DNA of 64,000 bases from contig NMRA01000058.1 in NCBI GenBank assembly GCA_002633005.1, forward strand, positions 1 to 64,000, in the 5' to 3' direction. The stretch comes from Phoronis australis. Taxonomy: Eukaryota; Animalia; Phoronida. The position numbers were made by a program, and so were the translations under genes. The notes under the pieces were generated by a model. The model saw only the letters and a list, made by a program, of their open reading frames with translations. It was not told where the DNA came from and did not search any database. Below are positions 47,701 through 58,935 of the stretch, in pieces (the stretch's first letter is position 1; each line of letters opens with the position of its first letter).

Positions 47701-50700
47701 AATTAATAGTTACATTGGCCAGTTGTTTGTCTTTATACTCATGGTTTGGCTACATCCAGTTGTGACTTTACAGGAGTGAGAGCTTCAAGTCATTATTCCA
47801 TCTGCTACGCACTGGTTATTGCCCATACTTCTACGTGTGCACCCATCAGTTTACAGCCTTGTTCAGAGCCACTGGTATTGCAGGAAATCCACAGATACAT
47901 GCTCTGCTCACCCCAACCACCAGAGGTTTCAGGGAAGGTCTTGGCAATGAAGGTAGTCTATAAGCTAAAAAGATATACACTCGTATTCAACTACTCTCAA
48001 TCTATGGCTAATTATGTCCAAATGCCATTGTCTCTCATAAACAACAAAATAAGCTAGCTCCTCTTGTTGATGGTCCCTTCCTCGTTAACTGGAAGTCATT
48101 TTGCACTAGAGCTTTCCCTAATTTGAAATTTTCATTTTGGGGAGGCTGTTCGTGTATTGTTGAACATCTAATTGTCACCGAGGTGGTCGTTGGCATGTAA
48201 ATGTGACCTTTCATTAGAAGAAAGAAACATAGCTACAAATGTGATGTCATGAGTCACTGTTTAGTGAATGGTGCACCATAAATGTAAAACTAAAACGACG
48301 GGCGTCGGTACTAAAATATGTTAAAATATTCCCCACGTTTCGAACGATTTGCTCTTTGTCAAGGGTGTGCACACCCTTGACAAAGAGCGCATTGATTTAA
48401 ATATGGGGGCTATTTTTATGCGCCCACATATTTATATGTGGACGCATTATGCCGTCATCTCCGTCCGCCCGTACGGGCGGCGTCCGTCCGGCGTCCGCTG
48501 CTCTATTTCCAAAACCCTTTGACATATGTTCATGAAATTTGGCACATATGTTCCATTCATGAATGGGACGGCATCTGCGAACTTTCGGACAGATCCGACT
48601 ACCGGTGTGCCCCCTAGTGGCAATTTTAGTTTTTTACGCTTACCTTTGTATCTTCAAAAGTCCTGAACGGATTTTCATGAAATTTGGTATGTAGACACCT
48701 ATTAGTGAGATGAAGCTATTCTCCCGTTTTCAGATGGATTCGACGTAGTTTGCGCCACCTAGTGGCCATTTTTAGTGTTTTCGAGTCTGTTTTTGTGCGT
48801 CCACCCCTCTATCAACCAAACCGCTCAAAGGATGATTGTGAAAATTGGCACGTATATGCTTACTATGTAGTGGACAATTGACGATGATTTTCCGATGATT
48901 TCGACTACTGTGGCGCCTCCTAGTGGCAGTTTTGTTTTTTTGCGCCTATGGCTGTATCTCCTAAACCGTTCGCAGGATCTTTATGAAATTTAATAAGTGT
49001 AATTATATGAGGTTAACAACAGACGATGACGACTTTTGGACGGATCCGCCTACCAGTGTGCCCCCTAGTGGCAATTTTATTTTTTACGTTTACCTCTGTA
49101 TCTTCACAAGTCCTAAACGGATTTTCATGAAATTTGGTATGCAGGCACCTATTAGTGCGATGACGCTATTCTCCCGTTTTCGGATGGATTCGACCTAGTT
49201 TGTGACACCCAGTGGCCATTTTTACTGTTTTTGAGTCTGTTTTTTGGCGTCCACCCCTCTATCAACCAAACCGCTCTAAGTATGATTGTGAAAATTGGCA
49301 TGTATGTTNNNNNNNNNNNNNNNNNNNNNNNNNNNNNNNNNNNNNNNNNNNNNNNNNNNNNNNNNNNNNNNNNNNNNNNNNNNNNNNNNNNNNNNNNNNN
49401 NNNNNNNNNNNNNNNNNNNNNNNNNNNNNNNNNNNNNNNNNNNNNNNNNNNNNNNNNNNNNNNNNNNNNNNNNNNNNNNNNNNNNNNNNNNNNNNNNNNN
49501 NNNNNNNNNNNNNNNNNNNNNNNNNNNNNNNNNNNNNNNNNNNNNNNNNNNNNNNNNNNNNNNNNNNNNNNNNNNNNNNNNNNNNNNNNNNNNNNNNNNN
49601 NNNNNNNNNNNNNNNNNNNNNNNNNNNNNNNNNNNNNNNNNNNNNNNNNNNNNNNNNNNNNNNNNNNNNNNNNNNNNNNNNNNNNNNNNNNNNNNNNNNN
49701 NNNNNNNNNNNNNNNNNNNNNNNNNNNNNNNNNNNNNNNNNNNNNNNNNNNNNNNNNNNNNNNNNNNNNNNNNNNNNNNNNNNNNNNNNNNNNNNNNNNN
49801 NNNNNNNNNNNNNNNNNNNNNNNNNNNNNNNNNNNNNNNNNNNNNNNNNNNNNNNNNNNNNNNNNNNNNNNNNNNNNNNNNNNNNNNNNNNNNNNNNNNN
49901 NNNNNNNNNNNNNNNNNNNNNNNNNNNNNNNNNNNNNNNNNNNNNNNNNNNNNNNNNNNNNNNNNNNNNNNNNNNNNNNNNNNNNNNNNNNNNNNNNNNN
50001 NNNNNNNNNNNNNNNNNNNNNNNNNNNNNNNNNNNNNNNNNNNNNNNNNNNNNNNNNNNNNNNNNNNNNNNNNNNNNNNNNNNNNNNNNNNNNNNNNNNN
50101 NNNNNNNNNNNNNNNNNNNNNNNNNNNNNNNNNNNNNNNNNNNNNNNNNNNNNNNNNNNNNNNNNNNNNNNNNNNNNNNNNNNNNNNNNNNNNNNNNNNN
50201 NNNNNNNNNNNNNNNNNNNNNNNNNNNNNNNNNNNNNNNNNCCTAGCCTATTGAGGAGACAATGACCATGCCTTTCCATTTTGCAAAGTACAACATACTA
50301 CATATATGCCCTCTACTGGCCACTTTATGATACCAATAAACAACCCTAGAAGGATACCGTATACGGTGCAATTGTGGGCGCATTTCAACGCTCTGCGTTG
50401 CTCTTGTAATATATTGTAGTACCAATGCTCGTTGTTTTAGTTTTACTAGTTTTACTATTTTATATTTCTTATCCGTCAGTAACTGCACGGCATTCCAACA
50501 TCTATTTGATTAAATTCAATGCAGGCTTAGTTACAACTGGGCGTACAACCTTTTGTAGAACGGCCCCTCATCTTTATTGTGTAAAAAGTTAGTCATCAAT
50601 ACGGAAGGCTTCCAATAAGTTCATGATGTCACTGGTACATCTTCATACAACGGGCTTCTGTAAGTTCATGATATCAGTAGTACTAAAAAAGTTCATTATG

Positions 50701-53700
50701 TCAGTGGTACCAGTAAGTTCATGGTGTCAGGGGTACCAGTTAACTCATGATGTCAGTTGTAAAAGCAAATTCATGTCTGTGGTGCCAATTCTTGTAGGTA
50801 TTGAGTTCAAAATGCCGCTGAAGAGGAAGACAGGTGCACTTGAAACATCACTGGATGACGAAAGCCCGGATGGGAATATGACTGCAGAAAATGAGCAAAA
50901 AAATGAGGAGCAAAATTGGTAAACTTAATACTCAAATGGTGTGTTCTCTATTGGCTCCCTCAGTCTGTCTCTGTAAGACATGTGTTTCATGCTGAACAAA
51001 AGCTCTGTTTGCAGAATCGCCTCTGCTGTAGTTGACAAAACTAGGTCATTATGGCTGGCAATTATGGAAGCTTCACACAAAAGTAGAGTTAAAGAGTTAG
51101 GAGTTACCAATGAGCTCTGGGTATAGCTCATTGCTTACACATACCAAGTTAAAATATAACGCTAAAATCTGTCCAACTTAAATTGAATTTTCTTGTGACA
51201 GCGGAGTTTTCTTTGAAATTTTGTTGCAACTGCAAGCTGGCCCACTTCGAAGTCAGAACATTCTATGTAGGAAGGGACTGGCCAGTCTTTTGATATTCTC
51301 GAGTGTTTTTTACTTGTCAAGTGCTCTGTATATTTGATATGGTAATGAAAATTATACTCTACAGTTGTGTATTGTTAGGAAAATTTTGTTGACATTTTTG
51401 TGTGTTATAGATAGAACTGTTGAATATTAACTGTCTTCCTTTTAATTGTCTCCTTCATGTAGTGATCCCACCAAAAGTATTGCAAAGCCTCATGATGATC
51501 ATGATGATGCTGATAATGATGTTGATGAAGATGATGATGATTTGGCTGCTACTAATGAAGGTGCTTCATCATGGCTCCAGAGCATGGGATTAGACAAGGC
51601 CAAGTTCCCATCTCTCAATCCTGATAAAGTAAAAATGTATCCTTTAATAAAATAACTATAATCTTAGTTGATGTATCGTTTCAGAATGTAAGATTGGCCC
51701 TTCATTCTTCATTAATTTTCTACCCTTAACATTTTTTAATGTTCCAGTTAAGTGAGTTGGACAAGATAACCAAGGCCAAGTCGGCCCTGGTAAGGTGTTC
51801 GCGAGTAGTGGGTAAAACTTGGGGACTCTCTCCTAAGCATTCTCTCTTGATCTACATTTGGTGTTATCAGACCAATGATAGCTTATGCGGCATCAATATG
51901 GATAACATGTCTTGAACAGAGCACTGTTAGAACTAAATTGACACAAGTACAGCATTTAGCTTGCTCGTGTGTTACTTTTGATTTTCCAGGGACACCTACA
52001 ACTGTAATGGAAATGCTTATTGGTTTGCCACCCCTGCATATTTATCTCAGCGGTGACGCTGTGCTTGCAGCTTACCGAATGAGGTGTAATGGGCAGTGAA
52101 GTAATGTGTGAATCACTGATACTGTTGCTCATAAGAACCATAGTAATGTATGCAACAGGTTAATGTCAGAAACTGGAACACTTTTGGCAATGCCATGTGA
52201 TGTTTTAGTGACGACCCTAAATCACATGAAATCATTGATTACAATGACCAGCAATTCATTTGTTACACTGATGGCACTAAACTTGACAACGGACAGTCAG
52301 GATCAGGAATCTACTTTCCAGACCTTGCAGGTGTGCGAACTGTGGTCGAGTCTATTCAACATCTGGTAGAGATTTGCCCTGCCTAAAACAGACACCGTAA
52401 TCTACTACCTGATGGATGCATAACCTGCCTGGTTAACATTGTTTGTTCATACAGGTTTAATAGTCTTTCTCTCTTTCTGAAACAAACGGGCAGATTAAAA
52501 GATTTCACCCATGAGGAATACGATGATATCGTGTCCCCATGAGTCATAATCAGGTGATTAGTGTAATGGGCCCGGCCTTTTGGCCTAAACATGCCTGATG
52601 TACCGCAAAAGGCATCAGGCCACCTGCACTCTTTTTTAAGTGAGTTGTTTCAAGCTAATTCAGTTGACTGTAGTTACACATAAGAGGCAAATCTGTATCG
52701 TCCATTTTTCAGCTTTTTATGCGCCCATATGTGGATGCATTATGCCATCTGACGTCCGCTGCTCCAAAACCCTTTGATGCATGTTCATGAAATTTTGCTG
52801 ATATGTTCTTTTCATGGATGGGATGGCATGAGCAAATTTTTGGACAGTTCCGACTACTGGTGTGGGGCGTAGTTGTAATTTAATTTGTTTACGTTTACCT
52901 CTGTGTCTTCAGAGGTCCTCAACAGACTTTCATAAAATTTGGTAGATTTTTGTGTTAATTTTTGTTTCTTATGTTTACCTCTGTATGTTCAAAGGTCCTC
53001 AATTGATTTTCATAAAATTTGGCAGGTAGGCATCTATTAGTGAGGTGACGCTATCCTCCCATTTTTGGATAGTGGCCATTTTTATTGTTTTTGAGTCTGG
53101 TTTTTGGCATTGGTTCCTCTGTCAACCAAACAACTTTAAAGATGATTGTGAAAATTTGCAAATATGTTCTTACTAAGAGGGTGGCTGACGATGATAATTC
53201 CGATGACTTCAACTACTGTGGCACCTCCTAGTGGGAGTTTTGTTTGTTTTTGCACCCATGGCTGAATCTCCTAAGCACTGTGCAGGATCTTTTTTAAATT
53301 TAGCTACAGTATTTATTTCGCACCCATGTGGTCGCATTTGCCGTCATCTCTGGGCATCCGCAGCTGTATCTCCTAAACCCCTCACAGGATCTTGATGAGA
53401 TTTGACAGATGTGTTCCTATGAAGCTGGCAATGGACCACGATGAATTTCGGACCTCTCCGACTACCAGTCTGCCCCCTAGTGGCAATTTTAGTTTTTTAC
53501 GCTTACCACTGTATCTTGGGAGGTCCTCAACAGACTTTCATAAAATTTGGCAGTTAGACATCTATTTGTGAGATGATGCCATCCTCACGTTTTCGGACAG
53601 ATTCAAGGTACTTTGCGCTACGTAGTGGTCATTTTTGCTGTTTTCGAGTTTGTTTTTTGCGTCCGCCTTTCTATCAATCAACCGCTCTAGGGATGATTTT

Positions 53701-56700
53701 GAAAATTGACAACAAAGACTTCGATTGTCAAAACTGAAAAATTCTATGGGTGTTGTTTTAAGATTGAGAAGAGATTTTGATGACTGATATCTCCATTGTT
53801 TTAGTGTAAATCAAAAATCTTAGACATGCTTCACCGTGTCTAATGGGAATGAAAAAACAGATCAATTACAGTTTCGCCTATCTGTTTTGAAATTAATCTT
53901 TGATTCACACAAGGGTATTTTTCTAACACAACGACAGCCATGTGATTGTTAGCAATTGAGTGACATTTCAAGTAAGTATTTTGAAAACGAACACTTGGGT
54001 TGACTACAGGCAGCTATTTGATGAAACAGGTTGATGAATGAAGTTAGGGTTAATACAAGAACTATGAGCCTAAAGATGGCTTTGTCCACTAAAGAACTGA
54101 TTATTACAAAGTTAATATTTGCATTGCTACAGTTTTGTAATTGTAGTTACTTAAAGGTTGCCTCAGTAGTATCCCTATTAAAGGCTTTCCTGTTTTATGT
54201 AAATGACTTGGAAATTCTTCTGTGCAAGGTAGGGACTGTGAGTTTTACACCTTAACTACAACAAGACAACGCGAAGGTTACAAAGTTATAGACAACCGTC
54301 CAGAATCCTTAGTCTATGTGGAGGAGGCAGAGACCCAGGCTCTGTTCAACTACCTGTTGAACTGTCGCACATGTGTTTCCATCACAGGACCCCAGTCAGG
54401 CATACCTCCCACATTATTATCACCTGTGGCTTTCAAAGGAGCCACCTTGCAGTCACTGAAGGTAATTTTCATGAAATAGACTGAGGTGGTTTTCGTAACA
54501 AAAGGTAGTTTCTTTGTCAAGATGACTACTATACCCCTAAAGTGCACTGGATTATAAGGGTGATCCATCAGTATTCCACGAGGTTTGTATGTCACAGAGT
54601 ATTGTTTATGCAAGCATGTCCAGACAGTCATTATGTATATGACTTGTGCTGATCCAATTTGTAATGTATTGTCGTGTATATGCCACTGAAGTGGATTAAG
54701 TTGCATTGTTACAACTCGCACCGTGACAACTGTTTGACATGTAAATGCAGCTTTGGCTCATGCTTCCTCCAATGGAATAGACACTGCGATCAAATCGATA
54801 ATCACTAGAAGGTGATCAAGTGGGTTTCCATTGTAGTCATTTACATTATTTGCTCCCTATAGCTAGAATGCAATTTATAGTCATTGGTCTGACAGGAGCA
54901 GACGTCATTGCTTTGTCTAGCGAAATGCTCACATTATGGTTATCTCAAACCTTATTAACAAAAATTGGCTATTTTTACAATATTTCACTTATATTTAGCA
55001 TATGTCTTCATTCTCGGGGAACTTCATGTACGAAATATATGCCATGTAGCGAAAAAAAAGATTTAGCAGAACCACCTTGGAACAGCACAACCGCTTGCAA
55101 ATTTGTTTACTTCTTATCTGAAGTCAAAGGTTACGGCATTGTCACTCAAATCGAAGCTCCCCTAAATTCCTTAATTCCGATAATTTGACATTTGTTGTTC
55201 CAAGGTGGTTCTGCTAAATCTTTTTTTTCGCTCCGTGTGTACCCTCAGTACTTTCATTCACCAAGTCGCCATAATATTGGGTCAACGACGTGTACATATG
55301 ATAATGATAGAAAGATGCCAGGGAAATGAAAACAGAAATTAGCTTTGATCCTGAGAGTTGTGTGTCTTCATGCAAATGAGTCACCTGACGCCTCTGTGAC
55401 TTTGTGTTCATGAAGACAGTTGTGAAAAGAGATGCTCACCAAAATTCCTTAATTCCGATAATTTGACATTTGTTGTTTCGATCTCATGCTAACGATGTGG
55501 TTTAACCACCGACCCGATTTCTGTGTCTATTTTGTACTTGGTATTCATGTCAGACTCCCAGCGCATTGTGTGTCTAACACTGAACTGTTGACCTACTTTA
55601 AAGTGTACCACAATGCACCAGCTTGTCCCACTTAATATGCTGGCTTTACCCATGTCTTAGTTGAAGTGTAAACAATAGAGAGTGACTTGGTTTAAATTAA
55701 ATGTTTTTGTGATGATTAAGTTATTAATTATCCACTGCAAATTCAGATGAAATTGTAAATGTTGAAATAATGAACGTGGCCAAGGGGTGTATAGGTTATA
55801 TTGACCAATAATGATCCGAAGTCCTTGAGATTTTCACGTATCGTCACATAATCGACTTTTTCTCGGCTTCTGTAAATCGTCTTAATTTGAACTTAAAAAC
55901 AGGATTTTTAGAAAATGTCTCGGTGGATTTTGCTAAAACTTTCCAGACTTAATATTTATTCATCAATCCAAAAAATGCTGTTCGGATTTTTTGCATAATG
56001 TAACATCTATTTTTTACATAAATACCTTAGGTTTTGCGAGTTGATTTGTCATAGAAGTCAAACGAAAAGGCTAATCGAAAATTTCTAACAGTGTTTTTGG
56101 GGTAACTGTTGAAGGTTTCATTAAAATTGACCAAAGGGCTATTTTGCTATGAATGTACCATTCTTAAGAATGGAATTTCAACTTTAAAAAGGTGTTAGCA
56201 TAATAATAATAATGACACATAAATATAAAACATATTTTATATTCCTTGATCTTTTTTCTTTCAAAAAATACTTTTACTAGTTGACAAAGCCTAGTTTTTT
56301 GATATACGAGTTAAAACGGAGGCCACTACATAAGGTTTGAGATAACATTAAGCTGGGTATCTTTACTGGACTTAAATTGGTTTGTTTAAAAGTTTATTTT
56401 GTGTGTAGTAGAGTCATTGTAGGTTTTTTTATTGTCTCTTTTGGCAATTTTCATGTGAAAATTTCAACTTTGAAAAAACCGCCTCCCATTTGAAAATGTT
56501 CAGTCATTTTTAATATGAGTAATAAATGCAATTAGCAATTGTTATAGAAATTTGTTGTTTCAGTGGAAGACAACCTATAATTGTAAAATTGAATGAGCAT
56601 GTGTTTGCATCTCTTTAATTTCTAGTACTTTTGATTTCACCACAACAAATTAGTTATGTGGTAGATCCCAACTCTAGTTTTGAAATGTTACTTACATCTT

Positions 56701-57064
56701 GTTTCAGATAAATCAGACGTCAATTAGACAACAGATGGCTGATGGCAGTCTAGATCGAAGTTTTGTTATGGATGCAGTAGGTCCAATTTTGCCTCACATG
56801 TTCTTTAGTTTGTCAAAAATTTTGAAAGCAACTCAGGATGGAGACTTCAAAGCTGTGTTAAGTGTGCATGAGCAAACTACACCATTTAACGTGGGCTCAA
56901 ACAATAGCAGTAGTGAGGCTGACTGTGACAGTGACAGGAATGATACGAACAGTTTTGGACTGGACCAAGATGTCATGGAATACTTACGGTCGAAGTGCAG
57001 TTTCGTCAAAACAGGAATGCGTGAGATTTTGTGCAGGGATAACTTGCTAACTTGGTCGAGTTAA
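35483..57064 (+). CDS. DONSON: Protein downstream neighbor of SON (DONSON / humpty dumpty), complete spliced CDS, 10 coding exons, ~587 aa
   Basis: Exons 35483-35758, 38601-38690, 40887-41081, 42844-42962, 44829-44885, 47774-47952, 50798-50918, 51463-51636, 54266-54461, 56708-57064 join in frame (1764 nt). Conserved motifs: [73 protein letters not shown]. Confidence 0.93.
37150..37860 (-). mobile_element. L1/Tx1-clade LINE fragment (post-RT region), decayed
   Basis: [45 protein letters not shown]...FIWNKKP resembles the 63079-63384 ORF. Confidence 0.8.
38601..38690 (+). CDS. DONSON: DONSON coding exon 2 (poorly conserved, symmetric 90 nt)
   Basis: CTGTAG acceptor, [36 protein letters not shown] donor; phase 0-0. 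Supported by splice signals and an open frame only. Confidence 0.6.
40887..41081 (+). CDS. DONSON: DONSON coding exon 3
   Basis: SEEDSEDQ...[21 protein letters not shown]...SQCR; GTACGT donor. Confidence 0.88.
42844..42962 (+). CDS. DONSON: DONSON coding exon 4
   Basis: [39 protein letters not shown]; GTTTGT donor. Confidence 0.88.
43793..44030. mobile_element. MITE with TIR CATGCGCGCACCC/GGGTGCGCGCATG and 5-bp TSD (GTCTT)
   Basis: 13-bp perfect TIR with GTCTT on both flanks. A related copy lies at 62900-63134. Confidence 0.85.
44560..44690 (-). mobile_element. tRNA-derived SINE copy
   Basis: The minus strand reads GGAGGCGTTGTGGCCTAGTG...GGTCCGAGTACC...GAGTCAGATCTCTAGCTCCTAAGCTCAG with an A-rich tail. 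Confidence 0.7.
44829..44885 (+). CDS. DONSON: DONSON coding exon 5
   Basis: [19 protein letters not shown]; TTGCAG acceptor, GTGAGT donor; phase 2-2. Confidence 0.85.
45201..45646 (+). mobile_element. 5'-truncated I-group (Nimb/Ingi-like) LINE 3' end with 10-bp TSD
   Basis: [12 protein letters not shown]...HMHRLKISH...[15 protein letters not shown] (CCHC remnant), an AAG-rich tail, and AACCATGTCC at 45191-45200 and 45647-45656. Confidence 0.85.
46690..46775. repeat. Short ~33-bp tandem repeat
   Basis: AAGTGGGMCTATTGGAAACAAAATTATTC repeated. Confidence 0.7.
47774..47952 (+). CDS. DONSON: DONSON coding exon 6
   Basis: [34 protein letters not shown]...[13 protein letters not shown]. Confidence 0.92.
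48413..50407 (+). mobile_element. HINE/DINE-1-like non-autonomous Helentron element, apparently full length (spans the N gap)
   Basis: Starts in a T-run. 5' subTIR ATGCGCCCAC with nearby inverted copy GTGGACGCAT, CCGT microsatellite, internal tandem monomers (451-bp trimer), 3' subTIR GTGGGCGCAT (50374-50383), and terminal hairpin CAACGC-TCT-GCGTTG. Confidence 0.85.
49309..50241. other. Assembly gap (N run)
   Basis: Run of n characters inside a tandem-repeat-bearing element. Confidence 0.99.
50615..50790. repeat. Degenerate ~22-25 bp tandem repeat abutting the DONSON exon 7 acceptor
   Basis: AAGTTCATGATGTCAGTGGTAC variants repeated about 6 times. Confidence 0.7.
50798..50918 (+). CDS. DONSON: DONSON coding exon 7
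   Basis: [13 protein letters not shown]...EEQN; TTGTAG acceptor, GTAAAC donor. Confidence 0.87.
51463..51636 (+). CDS. DONSON: DONSON coding exon 8
   Basis: Acidic tract then [11 protein letters not shown]; ends at the U12 donor GTATCCTTT. Confidence 0.88.
51760..52380 (+). mobile_element. LOA/R1-like LINE fragment (post-RT region plus RNase H start) inside the U12 intron
   Basis: [11 protein letters not shown]...[13 protein letters not shown]...VQHLAC...[16 protein letters not shown]...[17 protein letters not shown], with frameshifts and stops. Confidence 0.8.
52714..53710 (+). mobile_element. HINE-family copies (partial, tandem) inside the U12 intron
   Basis: TTTTTATGCGCCCATATGTGGATGCATTATGCC 5' end and monomers homologous to 48413-49308. 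A second 5' end starts at ~53315. Confidence 0.8.
54266..54461 (+). CDS. DONSON: DONSON coding exon 9
   Basis: [18 protein letters not shown]...[25 protein letters not shown]; GTAATT donor. Confidence 0.93.
56708..57064 (+). CDS. DONSON: DONSON coding exon 10 (last)
   Basis: INQTSIRQQ...VGPILPH...HEQTTPFN...LLTWSS*. Confidence 0.92.
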   Translation: MNQTSIRQQMADGSLDRSFVMDAVGPILPHMFFSLSKILKATQDGDFKAVLSVHEQTTPFNVGSNNSSSEADCDSDRNDTNSFGLDQDVMEYLRSKCSFVKTGMREILCRDNLLTWSS

Positions 57065-58100
57065 TAAGAGCGAATGCTTGTAGTATCAAATCATTTTCAA
57101 TATACATATCCTGTGTATTCCTTTCATTCATTAGTGACTTTTTATTTCACTAGTAATTTATTTCTAACTGACTTTTGCTTGTAAACTACTTCTGTTAGAT
57201 TTTGTTGGTGACAGGATGAGTGTACAACGATATGATAAGCCTACTCAAAGTGCTGAGTGGGGACTGTGTAATGTGGAACCCACTTAGTGTTATTCCCTCG
57301 ATTTCGAAGTAAATTAATAAGCAGGATATCCTATTATTATGAAAAGGATATCAAACCCAATTTTGGCCTATTGATAAATGTTAAAAACAACTTTACCATC
57401 CAGTTTTGGGAAGCAAAGTATTGCTGTGTAACCCTTGACAACCAGCAAAAGTTTGGTGCAAAATTTGAACACTTCTTACACGGTCTGCTGAACGGGCAAG
57501 TGTGACCTACGCTTTAGGAGAGTTACATAACATCTGTAGGGAAGGAAACCCCACCAAGAACTGTAATGTCCAATGCATGACATGGGAAGTATGAGTTTTT
57601 AGTTGAATTCTGCTCTTATCACTTAAGTGGGATGCCACTGATGCATTAACAGGTGACATAACAAGGATTGAAATGACCAAAACAGAGTTTAGTATCTTTT
57701 TAAGCAAGTTTTGACTTGGCGGTGATCGTAACAATTGTTATAAGCAGCTGGCTTCTTGAAAGTCAATAATACAGATAGTCAAGTTCCTACTGTATTCAGT
57801 TCCTTATTTGGAAAAGTCCCTTGCCTAACAGGTGTTGTTACCGTACTTCACACAATACATCATACCTTGTTTCACCACATAAAAGTGCAGCGCATGTATT
57901 CTAGTGTTACTTATAAGATGCATTTAAAGATGTTGTAAGGAATACATGAAAGTGCCATTTGAAATCGCCCAGAGGGTTCTGGTCACTATCTCAGAATTGC
58001 ATTACTGAGACATTTATCATGACTACGATGATTACTTGCAAAATTTCATTTACCTGTCCCAAAAGGTCTCACGAGATATGTCCCTTTAAAATATTGGATG

Positions 58101-58935
58101 CAAAGGCGGATTTAGGAGGGGGGCCAGGGAGCCCCCGCCTCCTTGGCTGCCGCAAAAAAAATAGATCCAATTTCAAGTGTCAAATTCGGAACACGGCTCA
58201 ATCGTAACGAAACGATATCCCAGGCGACCGGCAGTGGCGCTGCGCACTACGACTCCGTTTCCGTCGTCTGCTTTACTGTGTGATGAAGAAAATTCGTTCA
58301 TTTTTTAAAGAAAATGGAATCTGAGTGACGATGAAAAAACAGAAGCTGCTGGTAAGATGTGAATTTTAATCGAAGCCTTAGTGAATCACTCAGAAACTTA
58401 TAATTCTCTCTTTGTCAAACCTTAACTTAAGACGATTTCCAAAGCAATTGCGTCATTAATGCCAACACAAAAAACGGATTTGATCTTTTGGGCAATTGAA
58501 GACTATTTTAAACACGACAAATTTATTACGAACTGACTGCACAAAATATAAAAAGTGTAATGAGCATTACAAAAAGAAGTAGGTTTCGTGCGCAAACGCT
58601 GTGGACCATAAACAAGTAGGTCTCTTATTGCCAAATCATGAGTGAAGTCATGGTGGTGCAGTGGCATGTCTGTGGTAACTGCAGTTTTTCATGTTTGATA
58701 CGTTCCCCGTGTTTTTTTTTTTGTTTCTTTTTATTTGCCTTTTTTTCTTGGATAATACTTCAGGAATCTAGGTAAATGCTTGAATTTTAGAGAAAAAACA
58801 GAAAAATTTTCCTGGGTGGGAGGGGGGCAAAACCCCGTCCCGATCTCCCCCCATTCGGTGCTATGCGCATCTAATCGTGCAAATGTTTTAAGACAAAATG
58901 TTGGGCCCCCTTGTGATATCCTAGATCCGTCACTG
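58101..58935. mobile_element. Non-autonomous DNA transposon (hAT-like TIRs) with 5-bp TSD GGATG
   Basis: Imperfect TIRs CAAAGGCGGATTTAGG / CCTAGATCCGTCACTG; GGATG at 58096-58100 and 58936-58940. Confidence 0.75.

Larger units (their letters stand above)
48283..50515. mobile_element. Palindromic (fold-back) element centred on GTGTGCACAC (48365-48374), interrupted by a HINE insertion
   Basis: The left arm 48283-48369 is complementary to 48370-48412 plus 50408-50445. One arm recurs at ~18085-18238. Confidence 0.75.
51637..54265 (+). other. DONSON: U12-type (minor spliceosome) GT-AG intron of DONSON
   Basis: 5' splice site GTATCCTTT. Branch-point CCTTAAC at 54250-54256 lies just upstream of AG 54264-54265 with no polypyrimidine tract. 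Splicing restores the frame (KVKI-QREG). Confidence 0.9.

Noticed and set aside
49152-50279. Long 319-375 aa ORFs in the ORF track
   Set aside because: Artefacts of translating the N gap.
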